A stretch of 24,000 nt of DNA from an uncultured Peptoniphilaceae bacterium (GTDB lineage Bacteria > Bacillota > Clostridia > Tissierellales > Peptoniphilaceae). Location: NCBI GenBank assembly GCA_964345835.1, contig CAYFSL010000002.1, positions 52,305 to 76,304 on the forward strand, read 5' to 3'. The stretch's first letter is position 1. Each line of letters begins with the position of its first letter. The notes below the pieces were generated by a model. That model saw only the letters and a list, made by a program, of their open reading frames with translations, did no database searches and was not told the DNA's origin. A program made the translations under genes and the position numbers. This document shows, in pieces, positions 16,878-24,000 of the stretch.

Positions 16878-17435
16878 CTATCCTCCAATTTTTAACTTAA
16901 AAATGTATTTCCCTTCGATTTCATCTATCTTGATCGGGCCAAATATCCTAGAATCCTTCGAAAAATCCTTATTCCTATTGTCTCCAACAACAAAGTATTC
17001 TCCTACATCTAGGTCCCACTTATCAATATTGTAGGCATATGTATATTCCTTGGTAAAAGCATTTTTGACCATCTTACTGTCTATATAGATATCTCCATCG
17101 CTTATTTCAACCCTCTCTCCAGGAAGTCCTAGAATCCTTTTTACATAAAGTCTTGACCCATGGTTAAAAAGGATAATCTCCCCTCTAGAAAGATTACCTT
17201 CTCTTATTCCAATTTTTGAAAGGACTACCATGTCCCCATGCTTAAAGGTAGGCTCCATAGACCTTCCCTCAACTTGAATTACGCTAAAGAAAAACCTATC
17301 AATAATACCCACAAATAAGATGAGCAAGATGGCGAACTTACTTAATTTTTGCAGTCTCTGGGACCACTCAAGTCTCCTCTTCTCTCTTCTCATCCTTCTT
17401 TTGGCTAGAATCCTGCTATCTGCTTTTCGGTCCAC
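16878..17435 (-). CDS. lepB: Signal peptidase I (second of two tandem paralogs)
   Basis: It has one TM (FAILLILFVGII), the catalytic Ser box EGRSMEPT, the Lys box YVKRILGLPGE, and GDNRNKDFSKDSR. The start is uncertain. GTG 17435 has GGAGGAG 11 nt upstream, and the alternative is ATG 17393. Its stop abuts the lepA ATG. Confidence 0.85.
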   Translation of the reverse strand: MDRKADSRILAKRRMRREKRRLEWSQRLQKLSKFAILLILFVGIIDRFFFSVIQVEGRSMEPTFKHGDMVVLSKIGIREGNLSRGEIILFNHGSRLYVKRILGLPGERVEISDGDIYIDSKMVKNAFTKEYTYAYNIDKWDLDVGEYFVVGDNRNKDFSKDSRIFGPIKIDEIEGKYIFKLKIGG

Positions 17436-17441
17436 TTCTTA

Positions 17442-18032
17442 CTAAACTCCTCCAAAAGACTCGCCAAAAGGATAAAATCTAAAGCTGGCTACTCCCTTAA
17501 TATCCTTTATATTTACAGGTCCAAAAACCCTTGAATCCTTGCTCATTCCCGGATTTCTGTTGTCACCTGCCACAAAGTATTCATCGCCTTTAAGCTTCCA
17601 CTCAAAGCCTTCATTTGCATGGGTGTAGTCGCCAAACACATAGTCTTCTTTTAGTTTTTCACCATTTATATAAAAATGTCCATCTATAAGTTGAACTAGG
17701 TCCCCTGGAAGCCCAATTATCCTCTTTATATAGTCCTCATTGGCTGGATTATAGTGCATCACTATTATCTCTCCACGCTTAAGTGGTCTTATTTTTAATA
17801 CAATCTTATTAATAAACATCCTGTCACCAGTATGAAGGGTATGCTCCATGGACATACCTTGAACCTGGGTTGGCTCAATTAAATAGCTTTTTATTAACAG
17901 GGCTATGGCAAGGGCAAGGGCTAATGACTTAGTCCACTCCCATATACCAGCTAGGAAAGTCTTTTCTTTTTTTTCCTTCTTGTCAGAATTTGACTTCCTT
18001 TCTTCATTGTCGTCAATTATATTCTTATCCAT
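17442..18032 (-). CDS. lepB: Signal peptidase I (first of two tandem paralogs)
   Basis: It has one TM (LALALAIALLI), the Ser box QGMSMEHT, the Lys box YIKRIIGLPGD, and GDNRNPGMSKDSR. I prefer ATG 18032 (GAGGAA 6 nt upstream). The ORF-track start at 18083 is a TTG lying inside a TGGTATAAT promoter element. Confidence 0.85.
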   Translation of the reverse strand: MDKNIIDDNEERKSNSDKKEKKEKTFLAGIWEWTKSLALALAIALLIKSYLIEPTQVQGMSMEHTLHTGDRMFINKIVLKIRPLKRGEIIVMHYNPANEDYIKRIIGLPGDLVQLIDGHFYINGEKLKEDYVFGDYTHANEGFEWKLKGDEYFVAGDNRNPGMSKDSRVFGPVNIKDIKGVASFRFYPFGESFGGV

Positions 18033-18071
18033 GTTTATTTCCTCATAATCTTTCAAACTTTTCACTGATTT

Positions 18072-18080
18072 ATTATACCA
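18072..18080 (-). promoter_or_regulatory. Candidate extended -10 promoter (TGGTATAAT) for the lepB-lepB-lepA transcription unit
   Basis: Minus strand reads TTGTGGTATAATAAA. It lies ~40 nt upstream of ATG 18032, in the divergent region shared with rpsT. Confidence 0.45.
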
Positions 18081-18126
18081 CAAAGGATAAAATCTTTTAA
18101 AAATATCAGAATATTCTTTATTTTAC

Positions 18127-18155
18127 TTGCATTTTAGCTTGTAAAATGCTATTAT
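18127..18155 (+). promoter_or_regulatory. Candidate sigma-A promoter for rpsT (TTGCAT-N17-TATTAT, with TG at the extended -10 position)
   Basis: -35 TTGCAT is at 18127..18132 and -10 TATTAT at 18150..18155, preceded by TGC. The spacing is 17 nt. It lies ~45 nt upstream of the rpsT ATG. Confidence 0.5.
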
Positions 18156-18200
18156 TATTTGTGTTATTCATACATCAGATTAACTTGAGGAGGTGAAAAA

Positions 18201-18467
18201 ATGGCAAATATTAAATCAGCTATAAAGAGAATTGATGTTAGTAGGAAACAAACTCTACGTAACAAGAGTAAGAAAAGCGAAATTAAGACTTATATAAAGA
18301 ACTTTGAACAAGCTCTAGAAGCTAATGAATTAGAAAAAGCTGGCGAATTGCTAAAGGTAATTGATAAAAAATTAAAAAGAGCATCACTTGCAAACATTAT
18401 ACATCCAAATGCTGCCTCAAGAAAGACTAGTCAATTACAAAAGAAATTAAATGAATTAAGTGCTTAA
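18201..18467 (+). CDS. rpsT: 30S ribosomal protein S20
   Basis: 88 aa beginning MANIKSAIKRIDVSRKQTLRNKSKKSEIKT, the canonical S20 N-terminus. GAGGAGGTG lies upstream of the ATG. Confidence 0.95.
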   Translation: MANIKSAIKRIDVSRKQTLRNKSKKSEIKTYIKNFEQALEANELEKAGELLKVIDKKLKRASLANIIHPNAASRKTSQLQKKLNELSA

Positions 18468-18480
18468 TCAGCATATATAA

Positions 18481-18507
18481 ATGGACTTTAGGGTCCATTT
18501 TTTATTT
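18481..18507 (+). terminator. Rho-independent terminator of rpsT
   Basis: ATGGAC-TTTAGG-GTCCAT (6-bp stem), followed by TTTTTATTT. Confidence 0.6.
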
Positions 18508-18536
18508 GTCTTTTTATAATATAGAAAAAAAATCTC

Positions 18537-18569
18537 TAAAAAATTTGCCCGTAGGTGAAACCTGCGGGC
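18537..18569. terminator. GC-rich hairpin terminating the minus-strand holA-containing unit (also a backstop for rpsT)
   Basis: GCCCGTAGG-TGAAA-CCTGCGGGC (9-bp stem with one G-U pair, 18547..18569). The minus strand continues AAATTTTTTAG. It lies ~37 nt after the stop of the 304-aa ORF. Confidence 0.65.
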
Positions 18570-18605
18570 CTTTATGTGTCTTTATTTTTTAACTATCTCA
18601 AATTT

Positions 18606-19520
18606 CTAATAATTGTACTTAAACAATTCCTTCTTCTTATCATTCCCATATACCCTTACCTTGGTTTCAAGAGTCTGCATATCTTCTTCGTTTTTCAGGT
18701 CTAAAACAGCTATATGGTCAAGGCCAATGTCATCCTTTGCTATTAGGAGTAACTCAACTTTATCATCAGCTTCTGCTGGAAGCTTATATTTAATTTCATT
18801 ATATTCTTCTGAAAAGTTCGGATTTGTTATATCAAATTCTTTCTTTTCTTTAAGTTCTCCATTAATTAAGATATTAAGCTCAAGACTCTTAAAGCTTGAT
18901 TTTTCTTCTGTGTCGTTGGATATAACATTTTTCAAGCCATCACTTACCTTTATCTTGATAACCGCTTCTACATTATAGCTTCCAGAAGTCAAGGATGTAT
19001 CAAAGGATTTTTTTTCAATAGTGTATTTAGCTAGAACTAGGTCTCCTAACTTAGCATTTGCTTCAGAACCATTTATGGATTCATTTAAGATTTTCCCATT
19101 GTTGTGGTAGGTGATAATATTCGGAAGTCTATCCTCCAAACCAAGGCTTTTCTTACCTACAAAACTATAGGTGTCTCTCTTCAACTTTAAACTATAGTCA
19201 TCATTGGAGGCGGTTACCTCCATAGTATCTGATAACTCCTTGGGAAGGACTGAAAAATTCACAGTTAACTTTTCCTTTTTCTTGTTGAATTTACCATATT
19301 TAATAATAGTCTTTTCTGTTAAATAATCTTTGTCCGTATTTTTTGAGCTCTGGGAATTTGACAAACTGTCAACCTTTCTAGATAGGTTTGCCCCCATTTC
19401 CTCAATTTCCTTCCTTTGTTCAGATATATCACGCCCTAGGCTTCCCACCCTAAATAAAACTAGGATAAGAGATATAAAAACTAGGACTGAAAGTAATATT
19501 TTTAAGCGTTTTGTATCCAT
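18606..19520 (-). CDS. Membrane-anchored protein of unknown function (N-terminal TM, charged/Ser-rich linker, ~230-aa probably beta-rich ectodomain)
   Basis: 304 aa. The N-terminus MDTKRLKILLSVLVFISLILVLF is a signal-anchor. ISEQRKEIEEMGANLSRKVDSLSNSQSS follows, then alternating polar/hydrophobic patterns with no motif I recognise. GGAGAGG lies 4 nt upstream of the ATG. The ATG is 1 nt from the stop of the upstream gene. Confidence 0.55.
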   Translation of the reverse strand: MDTKRLKILLSVLVFISLILVLFRVGSLGRDISEQRKEIEEMGANLSRKVDSLSNSQSSKNTDKDYLTEKTIIKYGKFNKKKEKLTVNFSVLPKELSDTMEVTASNDDYSLKLKRDTYSFVGKKSLGLEDRLPNIITYHNNGKILNESINGSEANAKLGDLVLAKYTIEKKSFDTSLTSGSYNVEAVIKIKVSDGLKNVISNDTEEKSSFKSLELNILINGELKEKKEFDITNPNFSEEYNEIKYKLPAEADDKVELLLIAKDDIGLDHIAVLDLKNEEDMQTLETKVRVYGNDKKKELFKYNY

Positions 19521-19521
19521 T

Positions 19522-20820
19522 TTACCTCTCCACTAAATCGTTGACTCCAAGCACTCTATCATTTCTTATCTTGTTACTAACGAATCTTGAATAATCCTCA
19601 AATATCTCAATTAACAGTAGAACAACTACCACTATTGGTATATAGTAGACCTCGCTTACAGACATAAGCAGGAAGGTCAAAAATAAGGCTAAGACTATAA
19701 ACATTATATCAAAAAGTTTAATTTCTAAAATCCTTCTAAATTCATAATATAGGAGATAAATGAAAACCAAAAGTCCTGGTATTCCAGCTATTATTCCTAT
19801 CTCAATTATCAGATTGTGGGCTCCAAACCAATATCCAACCCTTTTTATAAAAATATGGCTATTTAAGGAAGGAAATCCTCTACCAAATACTGGCGACTCC
19901 TTGATCAATCTATAAGCCTCCTGCCAAATATTAGTCCTTGAGCTAAAGGTTGCATCCTTGTCAAAGGCCCTCTCTAAGACAGGCCCTAAAAACTTTTGTA
20001 GATTTAGGACTGTTAAGGCGTAGTTTAATCCTAATACGAGTAGGACTAAGATTAAGGCCCATAAAGCCTTCCTTTTTACCCTGAATACCTTATAGGGCAT
20101 CAACCATTTGACTATATAATAGCAAGCAAGTAGCAAAGCTAGAAATAAAAGACCGATATAACCTGTTGCACTATCGGCAAAATAGGCTGAAATAAGGGTC
20201 ATAAGGCCTGCAATGAATAGCTGTATAGGGTCTTCTTTATAGAACTTATAAGCCAGCAACAAAATGACAAAATAGGTTATTGTATACATGTTTAGTTGGT
20301 TGCCAACTCCTAAGAAATGGACGTCCATCCCCTGTCCAATGGCATTGGGAACCTGGTATAAACCATTTTGAAAAAGAAGGGACAATATTCCATTGACCAT
20401 TATCATAACAAATGAATAGTCTGCCAAGGCCTTTATAAAGTTAGACCTATCTACATAATATAAATATAAGATTCCATTTACAAATCCACTTACATATACA
20501 CCAAAGGCAAGTCCTGTTACATATCCTGCCCCATTTACTATTATGGATATGAGAAATATGGCTCCCATTACCAGCAAGATTTTTACAAGTCTTTTCTTTA
20601 TAAATCTTTTAGAAAGAAATATTATATTTAAAATTGAAAATAGTAAAATTATAACTATTAAATAGGTCCCATATCTCGATGTAATTAGCGACATGGGAAA
20701 TGCGAAAATTGTCAAATATAGGATAGAAAAAAAATAATGAAGCCTATTATTCTCATGTAATAATAAGGCAAATCCATGAACTATCTTGTCAATTTTCTTT
20801 ATTATTGAAGCATCCTTCAT
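19522..20820 (-). CDS. Polytopic membrane protein, Wzy_C/O-antigen-ligase-like family (putative surface-glycopolymer ligase or polymerase)
   Basis: 432 aa with about 10-12 hydrophobic segments. It has a long hydrophilic loop (FLGPVLERAFDKDATFSSRTNIWQEAYRLIKESPVFGRGFPSLNS). This is followed by FGAHNLIIEIGIIAGIPGLLVF, which resembles the conserved loop plus TM of O-antigen ligase/polymerase proteins. The family assignment is by eye only. Confidence 0.55.
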   Translation of the reverse strand: MKDASIIKKIDKIVHGFALLLHENNRLHYFFSILYLTIFAFPMSLITSRYGTYLIVIILLFSILNIIFLSKRFIKKRLVKILLVMGAIFLISIIVNGAGYVTGLAFGVYVSGFVNGILYLYYVDRSNFIKALADYSFVMIMVNGILSLLFQNGLYQVPNAIGQGMDVHFLGVGNQLNMYTITYFVILLLAYKFYKEDPIQLFIAGLMTLISAYFADSATGYIGLLFLALLLACYYIVKWLMPYKVFRVKRKALWALILVLLVLGLNYALTVLNLQKFLGPVLERAFDKDATFSSRTNIWQEAYRLIKESPVFGRGFPSLNSHIFIKRVGYWFGAHNLIIEIGIIAGIPGLLVFIYLLYYEFRRILEIKLFDIMFIVLALFLTFLLMSVSEVYYIPIVVVVLLLIEIFEDYSRFVSNKIRNDRVLGVNDLVER

Positions 20821-20834
20821 AAAATACCCCTAAC

Positions 20835-21860
20835 TTAAAAATTAAATCTAGCTATTATCCTTCTTAATTCATCTTTTATATCAGCCCCAGTAGTCTTTAC
20901 CCTCTTCTCCGCTTCAAAGCATGACCTATGGATAGCTAGAAGCTGGTCAAGAGTAAAATTTCTCATGAATTTAGAGTTTTTATCATATTCGTAGGGTCCT
21001 ACCATACAAATCTTCATAGCTTGGGACTTATTAATCCTATTCTTTGAACAATCTTTAATACAGATTAAGTTTTTTACCTGCCTTAACATCATATGAAAGG
21101 CCATGTAATAATCTTCTTCATCCATTCTATAAAAGAGGGTCATGGCATCATCTATTCTTTTATTTGATAGAGCATCTGTAAAGGCAAATATATTGTCTTG
21201 AAAATGCTCTATAACTGTTTCCTCAATCTCTTTTAGGCTGGGCTTGTCAGACTTTATATTGTTTAGTAGTTTATTAAGTTCATTTTCAACATCAAAGAGG
21301 TTAACCCTTGAATCCTTTTCTAAGTATGATAGCCTGGAAGATATGAGATCTGCCTTGGCAAGGTCAAGATTTACCTTGTTTTTCGCAAAATATTTTATGA
21401 TAAAATTGTTGAATTGTCTCCTATCTAACCTATCAATTTCATAGGTTTTTGCAATCTTTAAGAGTTTTTTTGCAAATTTACCAGTCTTAAAAACCTTGTC
21501 TCCTGAAAAGGTTAGGATCAGGCTGGTCTTTTCGTTAAAGTCACTAAAAGTCTCCTCGATAATATCAAGTTGCTTTGAATATTTTTTTATCCTATCTTTT
21601 TCTAAAGCCAGGTCTTCAATCAAGACAACCTTCTTATCATCCATAAAGGGAAGAGTCTCAATAGCATTCACAAAGCTAGCCTTGTCCAACTTTTCAAAGT
21701 CCAACTTAGTAAAATTTAAGCCGACAAAATCCCTATTTAAATAGTCATTCTTTATACTATTTAATGCTATATCATAAAGATATTTTTCCCTCACGTGGAG
21801 CAAGATTATATTATTAAGTTTGTTTTTATCAATATCATTTAATAAATCTATATAATTCAT
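20835..21860 (-). CDS. holA: DNA polymerase III subunit delta (HolA)
   Basis: 341 aa with an N-terminal clamp-loader-like region (NIILLHVREKYL, ETLPFMDDKKVVLIED). The C-terminal helical region (NIFAFTDALSNKRIDDAMTLFYRM......MLRQVKNLICIK) fits the delta-subunit pattern. Its position next to divergent rpsT matches B. subtilis. Divergent sequence lowers certainty. Confidence 0.75.
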   Translation of the reverse strand: MNYIDLLNDIDKNKLNNIILLHVREKYLYDIALNSIKNDYLNRDFVGLNFTKLDFEKLDKASFVNAIETLPFMDDKKVVLIEDLALEKDRIKKYSKQLDIIEETFSDFNEKTSLILTFSGDKVFKTGKFAKKLLKIAKTYEIDRLDRRQFNNFIIKYFAKNKVNLDLAKADLISSRLSYLEKDSRVNLFDVENELNKLLNNIKSDKPSLKEIEETVIEHFQDNIFAFTDALSNKRIDDAMTLFYRMDEEDYYMAFHMMLRQVKNLICIKDCSKNRINKSQAMKICMVGPYEYDKNSKFMRNFTLDQLLAIHRSCFEAEKRVKTTGADIKDELRRIIARFNF

Positions 21861-21872
21861 AAAAGCTCAACC

Positions 21873-23183
21873 TTAAGATATTTCATCAGTTCCCTGGGCA
21901 AAAAGATCCTCTAAAACCTGTTCAACCCTCATGTTCCTATAACCTTCAGGGTCTGACATGATGTTTTCATGCCATCTTAATATACCAGATTCATTAACAA
22001 AATCATACTCCATGTACAAACTTTTTGCATACCTTGTCCAAGTTGGATAATACTTTTTCATATATTTTTCTGCAAGCTCATGAGCCTGGCTAGGCTTTTT
22101 AAGGTCTGGTCTTAAAGATCCGCTAAGCTTTACCCCCGACTGGGAAGAGTGGACCACTAGGATACTCCCATCATTACAAGTTCCCAAGACTATCCAGGTA
22201 TGCCCATAATTCCCATTAAAAGTAGCCATAATATCGCCCACCTTATAATCTCTTACCTTGGACTTAGGTAGGTACTTTCCTAGACCCTTTTCATATAAGT
22301 GCTTGAGGATAATATTAGTGTAGGCCTGGTAGCTATTGTTAAAATCACCTATTTCTAAACTATTATATATTGCAAATCCCACATATCCAGAACAATCCAG
22401 CCCTGAGTGTATCATGTACATAGACTTGCTTAAGTCGTTGTTTTTCATATTTCTTTCAAAGAAATACCTCCACTGGGGGCTTATCCCTATCTTGCTAGAA
22501 TAACCATTTATATTATCCCCTGCAAGCCCATAGCCTCCCCCTGCCACATAAAGGGTATTCCCTATAGGGGAAATGGCTATTCTTAAGAAGTTTTTAAGGC
22601 TGGTAATCCCTTCTTCAGGTACATATATGCTGTAAGTCCTACTCTTTTTGGACCTTAGCTTTTCATCCTTGCTAACAGCTTGGATAATATAGCTATAATT
22701 TTTACCACGGTCCACTTTTTTAATAAGTTTATTAGTTGAAATTTTTTCAATTAACCTAAAGTCCTTGTCTCCCTCCCTTTTTTCATAGATAAGGTGGTCA
22801 AGGTCCTTGTATTCTTGTAAACTCAATACTATCCTATCTTTGACGGAATTAACCATGATAGCCTTAGGGACATACGAGGAGATATTTTCATAACCCAACT
22901 CCTGAATTGGCTCAGGAGCAATATCGGAAGCTTTAAGGGTGTTATGGTAGTAAAGATATAGAAAGTAACCCTTATAACTTATCCTTAGGAAGTCACCAAC
23001 CCTAGTACCTTCCAATCTCTCCCCAGTAAATACATAGCCCAATTCAATTGCCCCATCGAAGCTAGGTATGTTTCTTAACTTCGTCCTAGTAGAAGGGTAC
23101 CTAATTTCTAAGCTTTTATTGATTCCATGAGCCTTTTCTAGTTTCTTCCTATACTTAATTCTCCAAAATTTTTCAACTAACAT
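21873..23183 (-). CDS. Putative NlpC/P60-type cysteine peptidase with an N-terminal SH3b-like region and no detectable signal peptide
   Basis: 436 aa. The C-terminal third has a Cys-His-His arrangement typical of NlpC/P60: GLDCSGYVGF, then YKVGDIMATFNGNYGHTWIVLG, then ILVVHSS. The N-terminal RNIPSFDGAIELGYVFTGERLEGTRVGDFLRISYKGYFLYLYYHNTL resembles a bacterial SH3 domain. The N-terminus MLVEKFWRIKYRKKLEKAHG is hydrophilic, with no TM or signal sequence. AGGAAGAG lies upstream of the ATG. Confidence 0.55.
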   Translation of the reverse strand: MLVEKFWRIKYRKKLEKAHGINKSLEIRYPSTRTKLRNIPSFDGAIELGYVFTGERLEGTRVGDFLRISYKGYFLYLYYHNTLKASDIAPEPIQELGYENISSYVPKAIMVNSVKDRIVLSLQEYKDLDHLIYEKREGDKDFRLIEKISTNKLIKKVDRGKNYSYIIQAVSKDEKLRSKKSRTYSIYVPEEGITSLKNFLRIAISPIGNTLYVAGGGYGLAGDNINGYSSKIGISPQWRYFFERNMKNNDLSKSMYMIHSGLDCSGYVGFAIYNSLEIGDFNNSYQAYTNIILKHLYEKGLGKYLPKSKVRDYKVGDIMATFNGNYGHTWIVLGTCNDGSILVVHSSQSGVKLSGSLRPDLKKPSQAHELAEKYMKKYYPTWTRYAKSLYMEYDFVNESGILRWHENIMSDPEGYRNMRVEQVLEDLFAQGTDEIS

Positions 23184-23273
23184 ATAAACTCTTCCTATTT
23201 TCTATCTTTTATCCCCTATAGCCCTCTATCCAAGGCTTTCCGAAAAATATTATATACAATATATTACCATCTA

Positions 23274-23302
23274 ATATAAAAATAGCCTAATAAATAGGCT
23301 AT
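23274..23302 (-). terminator. Rho-independent terminator of the atp operon
   Basis: Minus strand reads ATAGCCTA-TTTAT-TAGGCTAT (8-bp stem, plus 23282..23302), followed by TTTTATATT. It lies 17 nt after the atpC stop. Confidence 0.7.
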
Positions 23303-23318
23303 TTAAACTTTGATTCAA

Positions 23319-23726
23319 TTATTGATTTTTTCCACTCTTGACATTTAGTCTATTTATAGCCCTCTTTAAGGCTACTTCCGCCTGTAGGGTTTCATCGTTC
23401 ATCTTTGAAGCTTTGAGCTTTCTTTCAGCCCTTTCTTTGGCCTCCAAAGCCCTCTGTTCATCTATCTCATCTTCCCACTCACAAGCATCAGACATTATGG
23501 TAATTTGATTATCACTTACGGTGATATAGCCTCCTGCTATCGCTGCATACCTAGAAGAGGATTCAAGATTTACCTTCATCCTAGATATTTGCAGGATAGT
23601 AACAAAGGGGCTATGGTTTTTCAAAATAGAAAAATCCCCCTCAATCCCTCTTGCGAGAATAGACTTGATAGGTCCATCAAAAAACACCCTGTTAGGAGTA
23701 ACTATCTTAAGTCTTAGGTCATTCAT
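23319..23726 (-). CDS. atpC: F0F1 ATP synthase subunit epsilon
   Basis: 135 aa with an N-terminal beta-sandwich pattern (LKIVTPNRVFFDGPIKSILARGIEGDFSILKNHSPFVT) and a C-terminal helical hairpin (EIDEQRALEAKERAERKL). It lies directly downstream of atpD. Confidence 0.92.
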   Translation of the reverse strand: MNDLRLKIVTPNRVFFDGPIKSILARGIEGDFSILKNHSPFVTILQISRMKVNLESSSRYAAIAGGYITVSDNQITIMSDACEWEDEIDEQRALEAKERAERKLKASKMNDETLQAEVALKRAINRLNVKSGKNQ

Positions 23727-23730
23727 AATC

Positions 23731-24000
<270 letters not shown>

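Overview
This is a low-GC, Bacillota-type chromosomal segment. I count 25 protein-coding genes, 23 of them on the minus strand. The backbone is housekeeping and matches, from memory, the Bacillus subtilis yqe/yqf region. Read along the minus strand it runs: end of the atp operon (atpD', atpC), an NlpC/P60-like protein, holA, two membrane proteins, rpsT (divergent, plus strand), two signal peptidase I genes, lepA, an OatA-like acyltransferase, hemW, hrcA-grpE-dnaK-dnaJ with CIRCE operators, a membrane-anchored protein, prmA-rsmE-mtaB-HIT, rpsU, a plus-strand lipoprotein, and nfeD-floA'. I found no rRNA, tRNA, CRISPR array, transposase, integrase, phage gene or recognisable defence or toxin module. 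Two real genes are missing from the ORF track: rpsU (59 aa) and floA (TTG start, runs off the window). Several ORF-track N-termini look over-extended (lepB copy 1, dnaJ, mtaB). I do not see a convincing novel multi-gene system, and most of the window is ordinary core genome. The best candidates for undescribed biology are lineage-specific inserts into the backbone. The first is a tightly packed putative operon: a leaderless SH3b-like/NlpC-P60 protein, holA, a Wzy/O-antigen-ligase-like membrane protein, and a translationally coupled membrane-anchored protein of unknown fold. The second is a self-contained membrane-protein cassette splitting the dnaK operon. The third is two CIRCE operators flanking a near-consensus promoter. 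All functional calls rest on motif recognition by eye; no database search was run.
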